A stretch of 32,941 nucleotides of DNA from a virus. The stretch is from the IMG/VR virus record IMGVR_UViG_3300037869_000009, positions 74,094-107,034 of that record. One strand, written 5' to 3'. The translations under genes were made by a program, and so were the position numbers. Position 1 is the first letter of the stretch. Each line of letters starts with the position of its first letter. The notes under the pieces are model-generated. The model did not search any database and was not told the origin of the DNA. It saw only the letters and a program-made list of their open reading frames with translations. Below are positions 9,578-16,334 of the stretch, piece by piece.

Positions 9578-9656
9578 TGGATCGACTCGCCAAAATCGAC
9601 TGTGACCATATACGATTGTCGTGTTTTCCTTCGCCAAAAACCTATCTTGACTTCGA

Positions 9657-9830
9657 TACGCGTGCGCGCGCGCGTGATCACGCGTCATGGATCTACATGA
9701 GTTACATGAATCTCCGTGAAGCTTCATGAGTTCCATGGATCTTCGTAAGGCTTCATGAATCTCGGTGAGGCTTCATGAGTTCCATGGATCCCGATGAACA
9801 ACTCAACTAACTACTAAAAAAGCAATAAGA
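9657..9830. repeat. Candidate replication origin: alternating purine-pyrimidine tract, twelve degenerate 9-10 bp repeats and an A-rich tract
   Basis: CATG or variant cores at 9686, 9696, 9705, 9715, 9725, 9734, 9744, 9754, 9764, 9774, 9783 and 9793; A-rich sequence at 9797-9830; adjacent to the replication genes. The origin function is inferred. Confidence 0.55.
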
Positions 9831-9877
9831 GATCGCGACAACGGTACTTGCATAGAACACACCTAGTCAGGACTCCT

Positions 9878-10000
9878 TTGCTGGGTTCCTGACGGAACCC
9901 AGCAATACCGGCATACGGGTTTTCACTTCGACGCAAACAACCGCGTCGAAGTGAAGATGGTCCTGGCGGACCATCGCGGTACCGGGGTTCACTGAACCCC
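9878..10000. promoter_or_regulatory. Cluster of four closely spaced perfect inverted repeats
   Basis: Stems: 9878-9905 (12 bp, loop TGAC), 9922-9955 (13 bp), 9956-9975 (8 bp, loop TGGC) and 9984-10000 (7-8 bp). Confidence 0.7.
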
Positions 10001-10022
10001 CAACCCAGATCCAGCGGGAACA

Positions 10023-10379
10023 ATGATTCGGAACCCAATGCATAAGCGATCACAGCACCGGGACTCGAAGCGCCGGGTTCCCTGCAAAGAATGCGGAACC
10101 TGGATCCTGGATCTAAAAAAAGGGCACCGATGCTTTGCCTGGTACGATGTGCGGATCCTGGATGCCATGAACCGGCCCCAACGCGTCTGGGCCATCAGCG
10201 CACCGCTGGCAGCCAGCCAAATGGCGGATGATCTCGAAGCTGCAGGCAAACACCTGGGGGCCCCCGAAGTCGTGGCCCTGGTCCGCAAGCGTGGTGATCG
10301 GGTCACGTATCGGGTACTGCTGACTTCCGTGGACCTGACCCGGTACGTAGCAACCCAGGACCCCGTTCCGGTTCGATGA
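10023..10379 (+). CDS. Hypothetical protein with N-terminal CxxC motif
   Basis: RVPCKECG...HRC motif; ATGA overlap with the next + strand gene; divergent from the replication operon. Confidence 0.7.
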   Translation: MIRNPMHKRSQHRDSKRRVPCKECGTWILDLKKGHRCFAWYDVRILDAMNRPQRVWAISAPLAASQMADDLEAAGKHLGAPEVVALVRKRGDRVTYRVLLTSVDLTRYVATQDPVPVR

Positions 10380-10672
10380 ACTGCGAACGGTGCGGTAAAC
10401 GTTCGGGGCGCCGCACCGCGTGCAAGTGGTGTGAAGCGTTCCGGAAGCAGTGCATTGCGTTGGGGGAACCAGAACGCTGGCTGAAAGGGACGTCCATCGC
10501 CAGCAAGCGCCGTAATCAGCGCGTTGATCTGGGGGTATGCGTTGAGTGCGGTAAACGAGTTACGAAACGTAGTGACGGTGCCCCATCGCGGATGTGCAGG
10601 CGCCACCTGCTGGCAGCCGCGCGCCGGGAGCGCGAAGCGTACGCGCGCCGCAATGGCCTGGTCCCCGCTTGA
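10376..10672 (+). CDS. Small basic Cys-rich (double Zn-finger-like) protein, possible regulator
   Basis: CERC...CKWC and CVECG...CRRH motifs, Arg-rich, translationally coupled to the upstream gene. Confidence 0.7.
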   Translation: MNCERCGKRSGRRTACKWCEAFRKQCIALGEPERWLKGTSIASKRRNQRVDLGVCVECGKRVTKRSDGAPSRMCRRHLLAAARREREAYARRNGLVPA

Positions 10673-10696
10673 GTTGTCGCCCCGGGGCGACAACTC
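10671..10696. promoter_or_regulatory. Perfect palindrome GAGTTGTCGCCCCGGGGCGACAACTC, copy 2 (26 bp)
   Basis: Directly visible; overlaps the stop codon of 10376..10672. Confidence 0.8.
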
Positions 10697-11004
10697 GTGT
10701 TACGCCCCTGGTGGCGCGGGGTCCAGGTAGGAGCCAGGTAACCAGCCGGGCTATTCCGGATACGGGCTGGCAATCCCCTGGGCCCCGCACCAGAACGCGG
10801 TCCCACCACATTGCTTTAGCCTTGGTTTATCGAACGCTACAAGGCTATAAACCAAGTGGCACTGGTCCCCTGGGTCGGTGGAGTGGGGACCCGGAGGTAA
10901 GCGCGCTATCCGGGACCTAGCCCTACAACGAAACCGGTTCAGGGGACCCGGTGCCGTACTGAGTATTTTTCCCGGAAAAATCGATAGTGTGGTATAGATC
11001 ATTT

Positions 11005-11360
11005 CGGGACCGGGCGTTGCTACCAGGAAACCGTTCTAGAAGGGCCCCCTGGGAAGCAGTTACGCAGCGCTTGGTTCCCACGCTGTTAGCGGCTAAGGTT
11101 CGAAGTGGTTGGGGCCCGGGGAACATCCTGGTTTCTGATGAGTCAGCAGAAACCGAGCTAATACCTGGGACCCAACCACCTACTTCCATTCGGCCAGTCG
11201 CTACCTGATAGGAGAAGGGCTAGAGTCCCCGGGGGAGTAGGTCTAAATACCCTCCGCGCTGCCCCGCAGCGCCACCAGTTTGCCCGTTCGGGGTGGGGTG
11301 GCTAGGTAGGTAGCGCCTCAAGTTTGCGGGCCTTACAGAGCCAGCCAGGTGCCTTAGCGT
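11005..11360 (+). ncRNA. Candidate structured non-coding RNA (unidentified family; ends approximate)
   Basis: Nested helices found by eye: 11092-98/11352-58, 11105-20/11164-79, 11130-37/11147-54, 11199-206/11308-15 and 11256-72. The G-U pairs favour the + strand. No credible ORF covers the region. Confidence 0.4.
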
Positions 11361-11368
11361 TGAAATAC

Positions 11369-11404
11369 AAAAACCCCTTACACCTTCACACGGTGTAAGG
11401 GGTT
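11369..11404 (-). terminator. Intrinsic terminator ending minus-strand transcription
   Basis: 13-bp perfect stem AACCCCTTACACC/GGTGTAAGGGGTT with a 7-nt loop and a T-run on the minus strand, 24 nt after the stop of 11429..11662. Confidence 0.8.
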
Positions 11405-11428
11405 CTAGCGTACTACCCAGGGTGTAGC

Positions 11429-11662
11429 TTACTGTTTTACTTTCTGTAGTGGAACCTTGTAGGTTCCATCTTCGAGCTGGACAAACAACCCGGGCTTGTT
11501 CGATCTCCCGACCCAGATGTCACCGGGACTCGGGTTCGCTGGGGGGTCCTGCGGAGGTAGGTTCAGCGCTGCAAACTGTTGTATCAACCCTGCTGGAACA
11601 CCTGCGGTACCTTCGGACTTGTCCGCAACGGTATCCGGAACCATGTCTTCGAGTCTGCCCAT
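11429..11662 (-). CDS. 77-aa protein resembling the C-terminal tip of the tail fibre 14946..16253
   Basis: AALNLPPQDPPANPSPGDIWVG aligns without gaps to the fibre's AALRLHAQSTPPSPQNGDIWIT. It has its own promoter and terminator. Confidence 0.75.
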   Translation of the reverse strand: MGRLEDMVPDTVADKSEGTAGVPAGLIQQFAALNLPPQDPPANPSPGDIWVGRSNKPGLFVQLEDGTYKVPLQKVKQ

Positions 11663-11669
11663 GACCCCC

Positions 11670-11699
11670 GTTATAGGGCCGGGGCGTAGCTGATGGCAA
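11670..11699 (-). promoter_or_regulatory. Sigma-70-like promoter TTGCCA-N18-TATAAC, 7 nt before the ATG at 11662 (leaderless)
   Basis: Each hexamer matches consensus at 5/6 positions. Confidence 0.55.
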
Positions 11700-12040
11700 C
11701 CTCCGGGGTTACACCTGGATCTAGTTCAGCGGTTTCTTCATTCCGAAGTTACCCACCGCGGAATCTTGTATCTCACCACTGAGAATCGGACCACAAGGGG
11801 GTCACCCTCCGATTCGGTTGGACAGCAATCATTTCGGTAGCAGGTGCAGCTACAAGGAACCCGTGGGCCGTTGCCACGATGGCGAAGTGTGGATCCCGTT
11901 CCGCCTTCGGGGTGGCCGTAAAGCGTACAGTGTGGCCATGGCGGATTTATCCGCGTTATCCACGGGGTCTTCACCACCACGTTGTGGCATTGCGTGTTGC
12001 CCAAAATGGCCCTTTTTTGGGGCCCCTGAACAACAGGCAA

Positions 12041-12628
12041 CTAGCCCCGGCGCTGCGCCGCTTCCCGCAACCGCTTCGACTTCGCTACCAGCGTTTCGGC
12101 TGGAGTGTCCTGCCTGGGACGCGTTGGAAGCGGGGACTTCAGCGCTGGATCCGTGGAGCGCTCATAGTAGGCCGGGGGCAGCGATGCCGCTGCAATAGGC
12201 ACCGGTTCGTTGGCCGGTGGCAACGAAGGGGTCCGAAGCGGTCCGTGATCCGCAGCTATTGGCGGAATCGAGTTCAGCCGGGCCCCCAGTGGGGGCGGAA
12301 TCTGGATCGGGGGTGGCCTGCGGGACATCTTCGTTGTGATGGCCTGCTTTGCCGGGAACGGACCGAAGCCCATCCCCGGCATGACCCGGCGCGCAACATC
12401 GAAAAACATCGCAACGTAGTCCAGAACCGTGCTCAAAACCTGCACTGCTTCGTTGTCCCACTTGTTTGCAGTGAGATCGGCACCTTTCGCAGCCAGCCAC
12501 ACGATGCCCCTGAAGATGGGCTTCAGACACCAACCCAGCACCACGATGGACAACCCGTAATACTTCATCCACTCCGGAAAAAAACTGCGCAACAACTCCA
12601 GTAACGGGATCACACCTTCGTCTGTCAT
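12041..12628 (-). CDS. Membrane protein with Pro-rich C-terminal tail; holin candidate
   Basis: Start moved to ATG 12628 (ATGA overlap with the upstream stop). Hydrophobic YYGLSIVVLGWCLKPIFRGIVWLAA and T..KWD segment; located in the lysis cassette. Confidence 0.6.
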   Translation of the reverse strand: MTDEGVIPLLELLRSFFPEWMKYYGLSIVVLGWCLKPIFRGIVWLAAKGADLTANKWDNEAVQVLSTVLDYVAMFFDVARRVMPGMGFGPFPAKQAITTKMSRRPPPIQIPPPLGARLNSIPPIAADHGPLRTPSLPPANEPVPIAAASLPPAYYERSTDPALKSPLPTRPRQDTPAETLVAKSKRLREAAQRRG

Positions 12629-13395
12629 GTGGATACCTGTCTGCGATAGGTGCGCGACCATGTATGACGCTTCGCAGTAACCACCTTAGTAGCAAACGCT
12701 TCGAAAGAACCGGAAGCGTTTTCAAGCCATGTCAGATATCCACCACTCCCAGCGGGGTCAGGCTTGCGCAGCACCGCATATCCAAAGGGTCCGATTTCAC
12801 CGGGCTTTTTCAGGTTGCCCATGAAGTCGAATGAACCTCCGTGCATGCGCAGTGCTTGCGATGCAGCCGGATCGTTGAACCCCGGATCGAAGTATTGGGG
12901 TGTTACGAAGTTGGCCACCTTCCAATCCGTACCGTTGCACTGAACCGTGTAGTGATCCTGAACGGGGTCCGCGACTTCCAATGCGATCTGGACGTGTTGC
13001 CGCATTCTGGTGGGGTCCGGGTGGTCAGCCCAGAGCCGAGTCATGGGGTCCACCAGGGCTTCGAGTATTTCGTGCGAAGCGGACTCACAGACACTTTGGC
13101 CCCCGGTATTGAAGCCAGATGCCGCTTCCACGAACACCCGCGCCGCGGGACCCCGAAGGGGATCCCAGTAGTGGATCGCCAGCGCACTGGGGTCAGTGCC
13201 GTTGTCGAGAAACACAATCGGCTGCGCCGTCAGCGGGAGCTTGTCTACAGCATCGCAAACCACGATGGCTGGGGGCGCCTTGCCCCAGGCCCGCGCGCAG
13301 TCCGCGGCGTTCTGTTCCAGGGCCCGGGACAATCGAAACAGATCCGCGGTGCGGACCAGCTTCGTCTGAGAAATCAGAGCAAATAAGTAACTCAT
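12625..13395 (-). CDS. Uncharacterised protein with a zincin-like HExxE motif (putative metallopeptidase)
   Basis: AIHYW...SASHEILEALVDP...LEVADPVQ...VANFVTPQYFDP; coupled by ATGA overlaps on both sides. Confidence 0.7.
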   Translation of the reverse strand: MSYLFALISQTKLVRTADLFRLSRALEQNAADCARAWGKAPPAIVVCDAVDKLPLTAQPIVFLDNGTDPSALAIHYWDPLRGPAARVFVEAASGFNTGGQSVCESASHEILEALVDPMTRLWADHPDPTRMRQHVQIALEVADPVQDHYTVQCNGTDWKVANFVTPQYFDPGFNDPAASQALRMHGGSFDFMGNLKKPGEIGPFGYAVLRKPDPAGSGGYLTWLENASGSFEAFATKVVTAKRHTWSRTYRRQVST

Positions 13396-13880
13396 GGGGC
13401 CGGTGGAGCTTCGGCCTTTGGAGAAGTGATCGTTGCCGGTGGAACCGTGCCCGGCGGAGTTCCGGGATCAGAATAGTCATCGTTCCCGGACCCCGGTTCG
13501 GGGTAATGCGTTTCGGTTCCAATCTTGTTCAGGAAGTCCCGGCCACGGGCGGTACCGGCCATGCGCTCCGGATTCGCAGATGCGCCGGGGCGACTCCACT
13601 CCCGGACCACCATGTCTACAAGACAAGCCACCAACGCGGGCCCATTCTGCGTTGCCAGAGACTCCAGTTCGTTTTTGGCACGATCACCGATTGTGGTCTG
13701 TGCCGGACCTTCTGCCAGCAAGATGCGTTGCACGGTGCCAATCAGTTCGCTGGGGCGTGGTGCGCAAGTCGCCACCTTGGGCCAGTCCACACCAGTCCCT
13801 TGCTTGTTGCAGCCTGACTCACAGCCCAGAACTGAAACTAGCAGCAGTGCAGATGCCAGCAGTATGCGTATGACGTGCAT
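13392..13880 (-). CDS. Lipoprotein (possible spanin component)
   Basis: Signal peptide with lipobox VLG-C20 and a Pro-rich C-terminus; directly downstream of the endolysin. Confidence 0.7.
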   Translation of the reverse strand: MHVIRILLASALLLVSVLGCESGCNKQGTGVDWPKVATCAPRPSELIGTVQRILLAEGPAQTTIGDRAKNELESLATQNGPALVACLVDMVVREWSRPGASANPERMAGTARGRDFLNKIGTETHYPEPGSGNDDYSDPGTPPGTVPPATITSPKAEAPPAP

Positions 13881-13923
13881 TGATCGTTCCCTTCGTTAGG
13901 GACCGATCACAACAGTATGGGGT

Positions 13924-14421
13924 CTAGATACGCAAGCCACGGTAGTCCTTTGGCGTAGGCCACCGTCTTCCGCAAACTTGATCCAGGGCCCTGGGTTCGA
14001 TGCTGACCTGGTTCCCTTGGTTGCCTCCAACCCCGATCACCACGTTGTGCTTCGCGTCTTCGTGGAGCGCAAAGAACACGTGGCCCGTAGCCGCATCGGG
14101 ATCACCGCGATGAAACACATAAATGGCCCCGAACTGGAACGCTGACAGCGGACGTCCCCAGTTCAGCCACGACTTCGCATTGGCCCGATCGGTCCCCTTG
14201 AAGCCAGCTTCTTTCATGACTCCGTTTGCAAACGCGCTACACCATGCCGTTTCATCACTGGCATTTGGTAGGCCACAATCCTGCAGCCATTTCTGAATCT
14301 GGGGATTGTGATGCGCCCCTGCGATTTCCGCGGTCCCCACATAGAATCCAGCCAGTGGTAACCAGATCGCCTGTTTCTCATTCCATGCCGATTGCTGTGG
14401 TGGTGTCGCAACGTTAGCCAT
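13924..14421 (-). CDS. TIGR02594-family endolysin (NlpC/P60/CHAP-like Cys-His peptidase)
   Basis: EIAG..HNPQI, DETAWCSAFAN, AKSWLNWG, GHVFF and GGNQGNQV motifs. Confidence 0.88.
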   Translation of the reverse strand: MANVATPPQQSAWNEKQAIWLPLAGFYVGTAEIAGAHHNPQIQKWLQDCGLPNASDETAWCSAFANGVMKEAGFKGTDRANAKSWLNWGRPLSAFQFGAIYVFHRGDPDAATGHVFFALHEDAKHNVVIGVGGNQGNQVSIEPRALDQVCGRRWPTPKDYRGLRI

Positions 14422-14424
14422 GCC

Positions 14425-14916
14425 TTACGGTACCGCGATCTGGGCAAACGTCGCTTCAATGGCAGCGGACACCGTGCTTTTCTTGTCAGCCAAGATGCGG
14501 TCATAGGACCGCGCCAGGCTTTCCCCTGCAGCAACCTTCGCTTTGCGCTTTGCCTGCGTTTCACCGGCAATGGCCATGGCCCGAGCCATCACTGCGGACC
14601 GCGCCACGTTGCGGGACTCCGCCACAAGTCCCACGATCACATCGGTTTGTAACTTCTGGATCTCGACTCCCTGATCTTTGGCCTTGCTTTCGGCTAGCGT
14701 GACCCGGAGTTCAAGCGCACTCTTCGCTTCCTGCAGCCTGGCAAGATCCAGCTTCATGTCTAGCTTGGCCGTAACCCAGGTCAGTGCGCTGCTGACACCG
14801 ACAACAAGAACCCATTTCACCGCGGTCCAAATCAATGCCTTGGCGTGACTGGCACGGCGTGATTTCCCGACAGCATCAAGAATGGGTCTTAGGGAGTCAT
14901 CGTGGTGGTGTTCCAT
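14425..14916 (-). CDS. Single-TM coiled-coil protein (holin or i-spanin candidate)
   Basis: TM segment LIWTAVKWVLVVGVSSALTWVTA followed by a coiled coil; immediately upstream of the endolysin. The ATG 14916 start is preferred over GTG 14925. Confidence 0.65.
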   Translation of the reverse strand: MEHHHDDSLRPILDAVGKSRRASHAKALIWTAVKWVLVVGVSSALTWVTAKLDMKLDLARLQEAKSALELRVTLAESKAKDQGVEIQKLQTDVIVGLVAESRNVARSAVMARAMAIAGETQAKRKAKVAAGESLARSYDRILADKKSTVSAAIEATFAQIAVP

Positions 14917-14945
14917 GATTCCCACCCTATGAGATTCGAGTTGCC

Positions 14946-16253
14946 TTAGTCGTCTTCAACAAGACTGATCGTACGGTTCACGTCACCTAGACGAATCATC
15001 AAAAGTGAACCGGTGATCCAAATATCACCATTCTGGGGACTCGGGGGCGTTGATTGTGCATGCAATCGCAACGCCGCAGCACCACCGCTATGCGGCGTTA
15101 TTTCAACTGTTGGTTCGGTGCCTACACTCGTGCTTACGGACAAACCCTGCGTGACGGCTTCGATGCCGATCCCGTAATCACTAACAGTACGTAATGCCGA
15201 TGCGCCAGATTCTTCAGCAAAGAAGGTTGCAGCAATATCAGCACTTGCTTCCGTTCGTATCGACAATGCCGCAGCACTTGAAGCAACGATCTTGAGTCCT
15301 ATACCGGTACTATTTTTGATGTCAAGGCCCGCGAATGGGTGATCGCAATCAATTTTCTGTACTGTCGTAAACGTGTTGGTGCGTGTTAGATGAGCACAGG
15401 CATCGTTGATCATTGCCAACACCTGACCGAACACGCTTTGTACCGTGCCTGCAACAACAGACAGCGGACTATCACTAATCGCAGCAACGCTGACTCCTGT
15501 TGCTACCGCGGTCGCGTTGATGAATCCGAGTAGTTGGCCAAAAACGTGCTGAACAACATTTGCAGCAACCGTGTATGGACTTCCCACGATAGTGGAGACG
15601 GTCAATGTGGCTGTGTTGATCGCGTTGACGGTGTCAAGCATGGCCTGCAATACGCTTTGCAGATTGCGTTGACGGATCGTTGCCGGGGAGCCCGGTAGTG
15701 CGTAAATGAGCTCGGTTCGTGCCGTGCTGATGTCCGCGGTGGTGACCGTGGTCTGACCATGCACCAACTTGATATCGGCCAACAGGATCTGATCTGACCG
15801 GAACACCGGAGGTGTTGGATTCGATGCAGCCATGGCACCTTGAACTACGTTGATCTGAAAACTTTCAGTTTCCCGAAAGTAGACCTGGGCTCCGTGCCCA
15901 TCCACCCGGGGTTCACTCTGCACCCCTTTGAACTGTGCGAAGATCGAAATCCAGCGTTCCTGTCCTGGATTCGTAACAGCGGTGCTGCTGCCATCTTCGT
16001 CCAAGGCGCAGTTCACAATTTGGTTAGGGAACCACGCGATGCGCCGCTGGTTTTGATCGAACACGGTAGCGGGACCGCTTATCACTGCGGTCATGTTGGG
16101 TGGCGAGTTCTCCGTTACTTCGGCACCCGCTGCGATCCCTTTGTAGTTGAAGGAACCAATGAAAGCTCGAATCGCCGTTTCGACGTCATCGAAGGCCCCA
16201 TTGATCTCGCCCGTTTTGACCTTCTGTTTGAAGTAGAATCGGCTGCGATCCAT
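14946..16253 (-). CDS. Tail fibre protein
   Basis: Follows the gpI-type gene. N-terminal baseplate-anchor-like region, three SPxxV...VQ.V...L..IN repeats, a small-residue-rich distal region, and a P..P..GDIW tip motif. Confidence 0.75.
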   Translation of the reverse strand: MDRSRFYFKQKVKTGEINGAFDDVETAIRAFIGSFNYKGIAAGAEVTENSPPNMTAVISGPATVFDQNQRRIAWFPNQIVNCALDEDGSSTAVTNPGQERWISIFAQFKGVQSEPRVDGHGAQVYFRETESFQINVVQGAMAASNPTPPVFRSDQILLADIKLVHGQTTVTTADISTARTELIYALPGSPATIRQRNLQSVLQAMLDTVNAINTATLTVSTIVGSPYTVAANVVQHVFGQLLGFINATAVATGVSVAAISDSPLSVVAGTVQSVFGQVLAMINDACAHLTRTNTFTTVQKIDCDHPFAGLDIKNSTGIGLKIVASSAAALSIRTEASADIAATFFAEESGASALRTVSDYGIGIEAVTQGLSVSTSVGTEPTVEITPHSGGAAALRLHAQSTPPSPQNGDIWITGSLLMIRLGDVNRTISLVEDD

Positions 16254-16310
16254 TCTCTATCTCCCGGTTCGTAGGGTACATGCGCGGGACACCGCACCGC
16301 ACGGGTTCGA

Positions 16311-16334
16311 AGTTGTCGCCCCGGGGCGACAACT
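16311..16334. promoter_or_regulatory. Perfect palindrome AGTTGTCGCCCCGGGGCGACAACT, copy 3 (24 bp)
   Basis: Directly visible; overlaps the stop of the gpI-type gene and lies upstream of the tail fibre gene. Confidence 0.8.

Noticed and set aside
9509-9736. 75-aa minus-strand ORF
   Set aside because: It merely reads through the repeat array, CG tract and palindrome, and has no SD or recognisable protein features.
9686-9800. Possible mini-CRISPR array
   Set aside because: The units are contiguous 9-10 bp degenerate repeats without unique spacers, and no cas genes are present.
11090-11110. tRNA T-loop-like GGTTCGAA
   Set aside because: No T-stem pairing or cloverleaf can be built around it.
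11130-11154. Hammerhead-like CTGATGAG...GAAAC
   Set aside because: There is no stem II closing pair before GAAA, and the core bases are instead paired in the hairpin GGTTTCTG/CAGAAACC.
11888-11964. DnaA-box-like sequences (TTATCCACG, TGTGGATCC)
   Set aside because: Only one 8/9 match plus weaker ones, far from the repeat array; consistent with chance.
11429-15080. DGR template/variable repeat pair between the 77-aa gene and the fibre tip
   Set aside because: The similarity is at protein level only, the differences are not confined to adenines, and there is no reverse transcriptase in the window.
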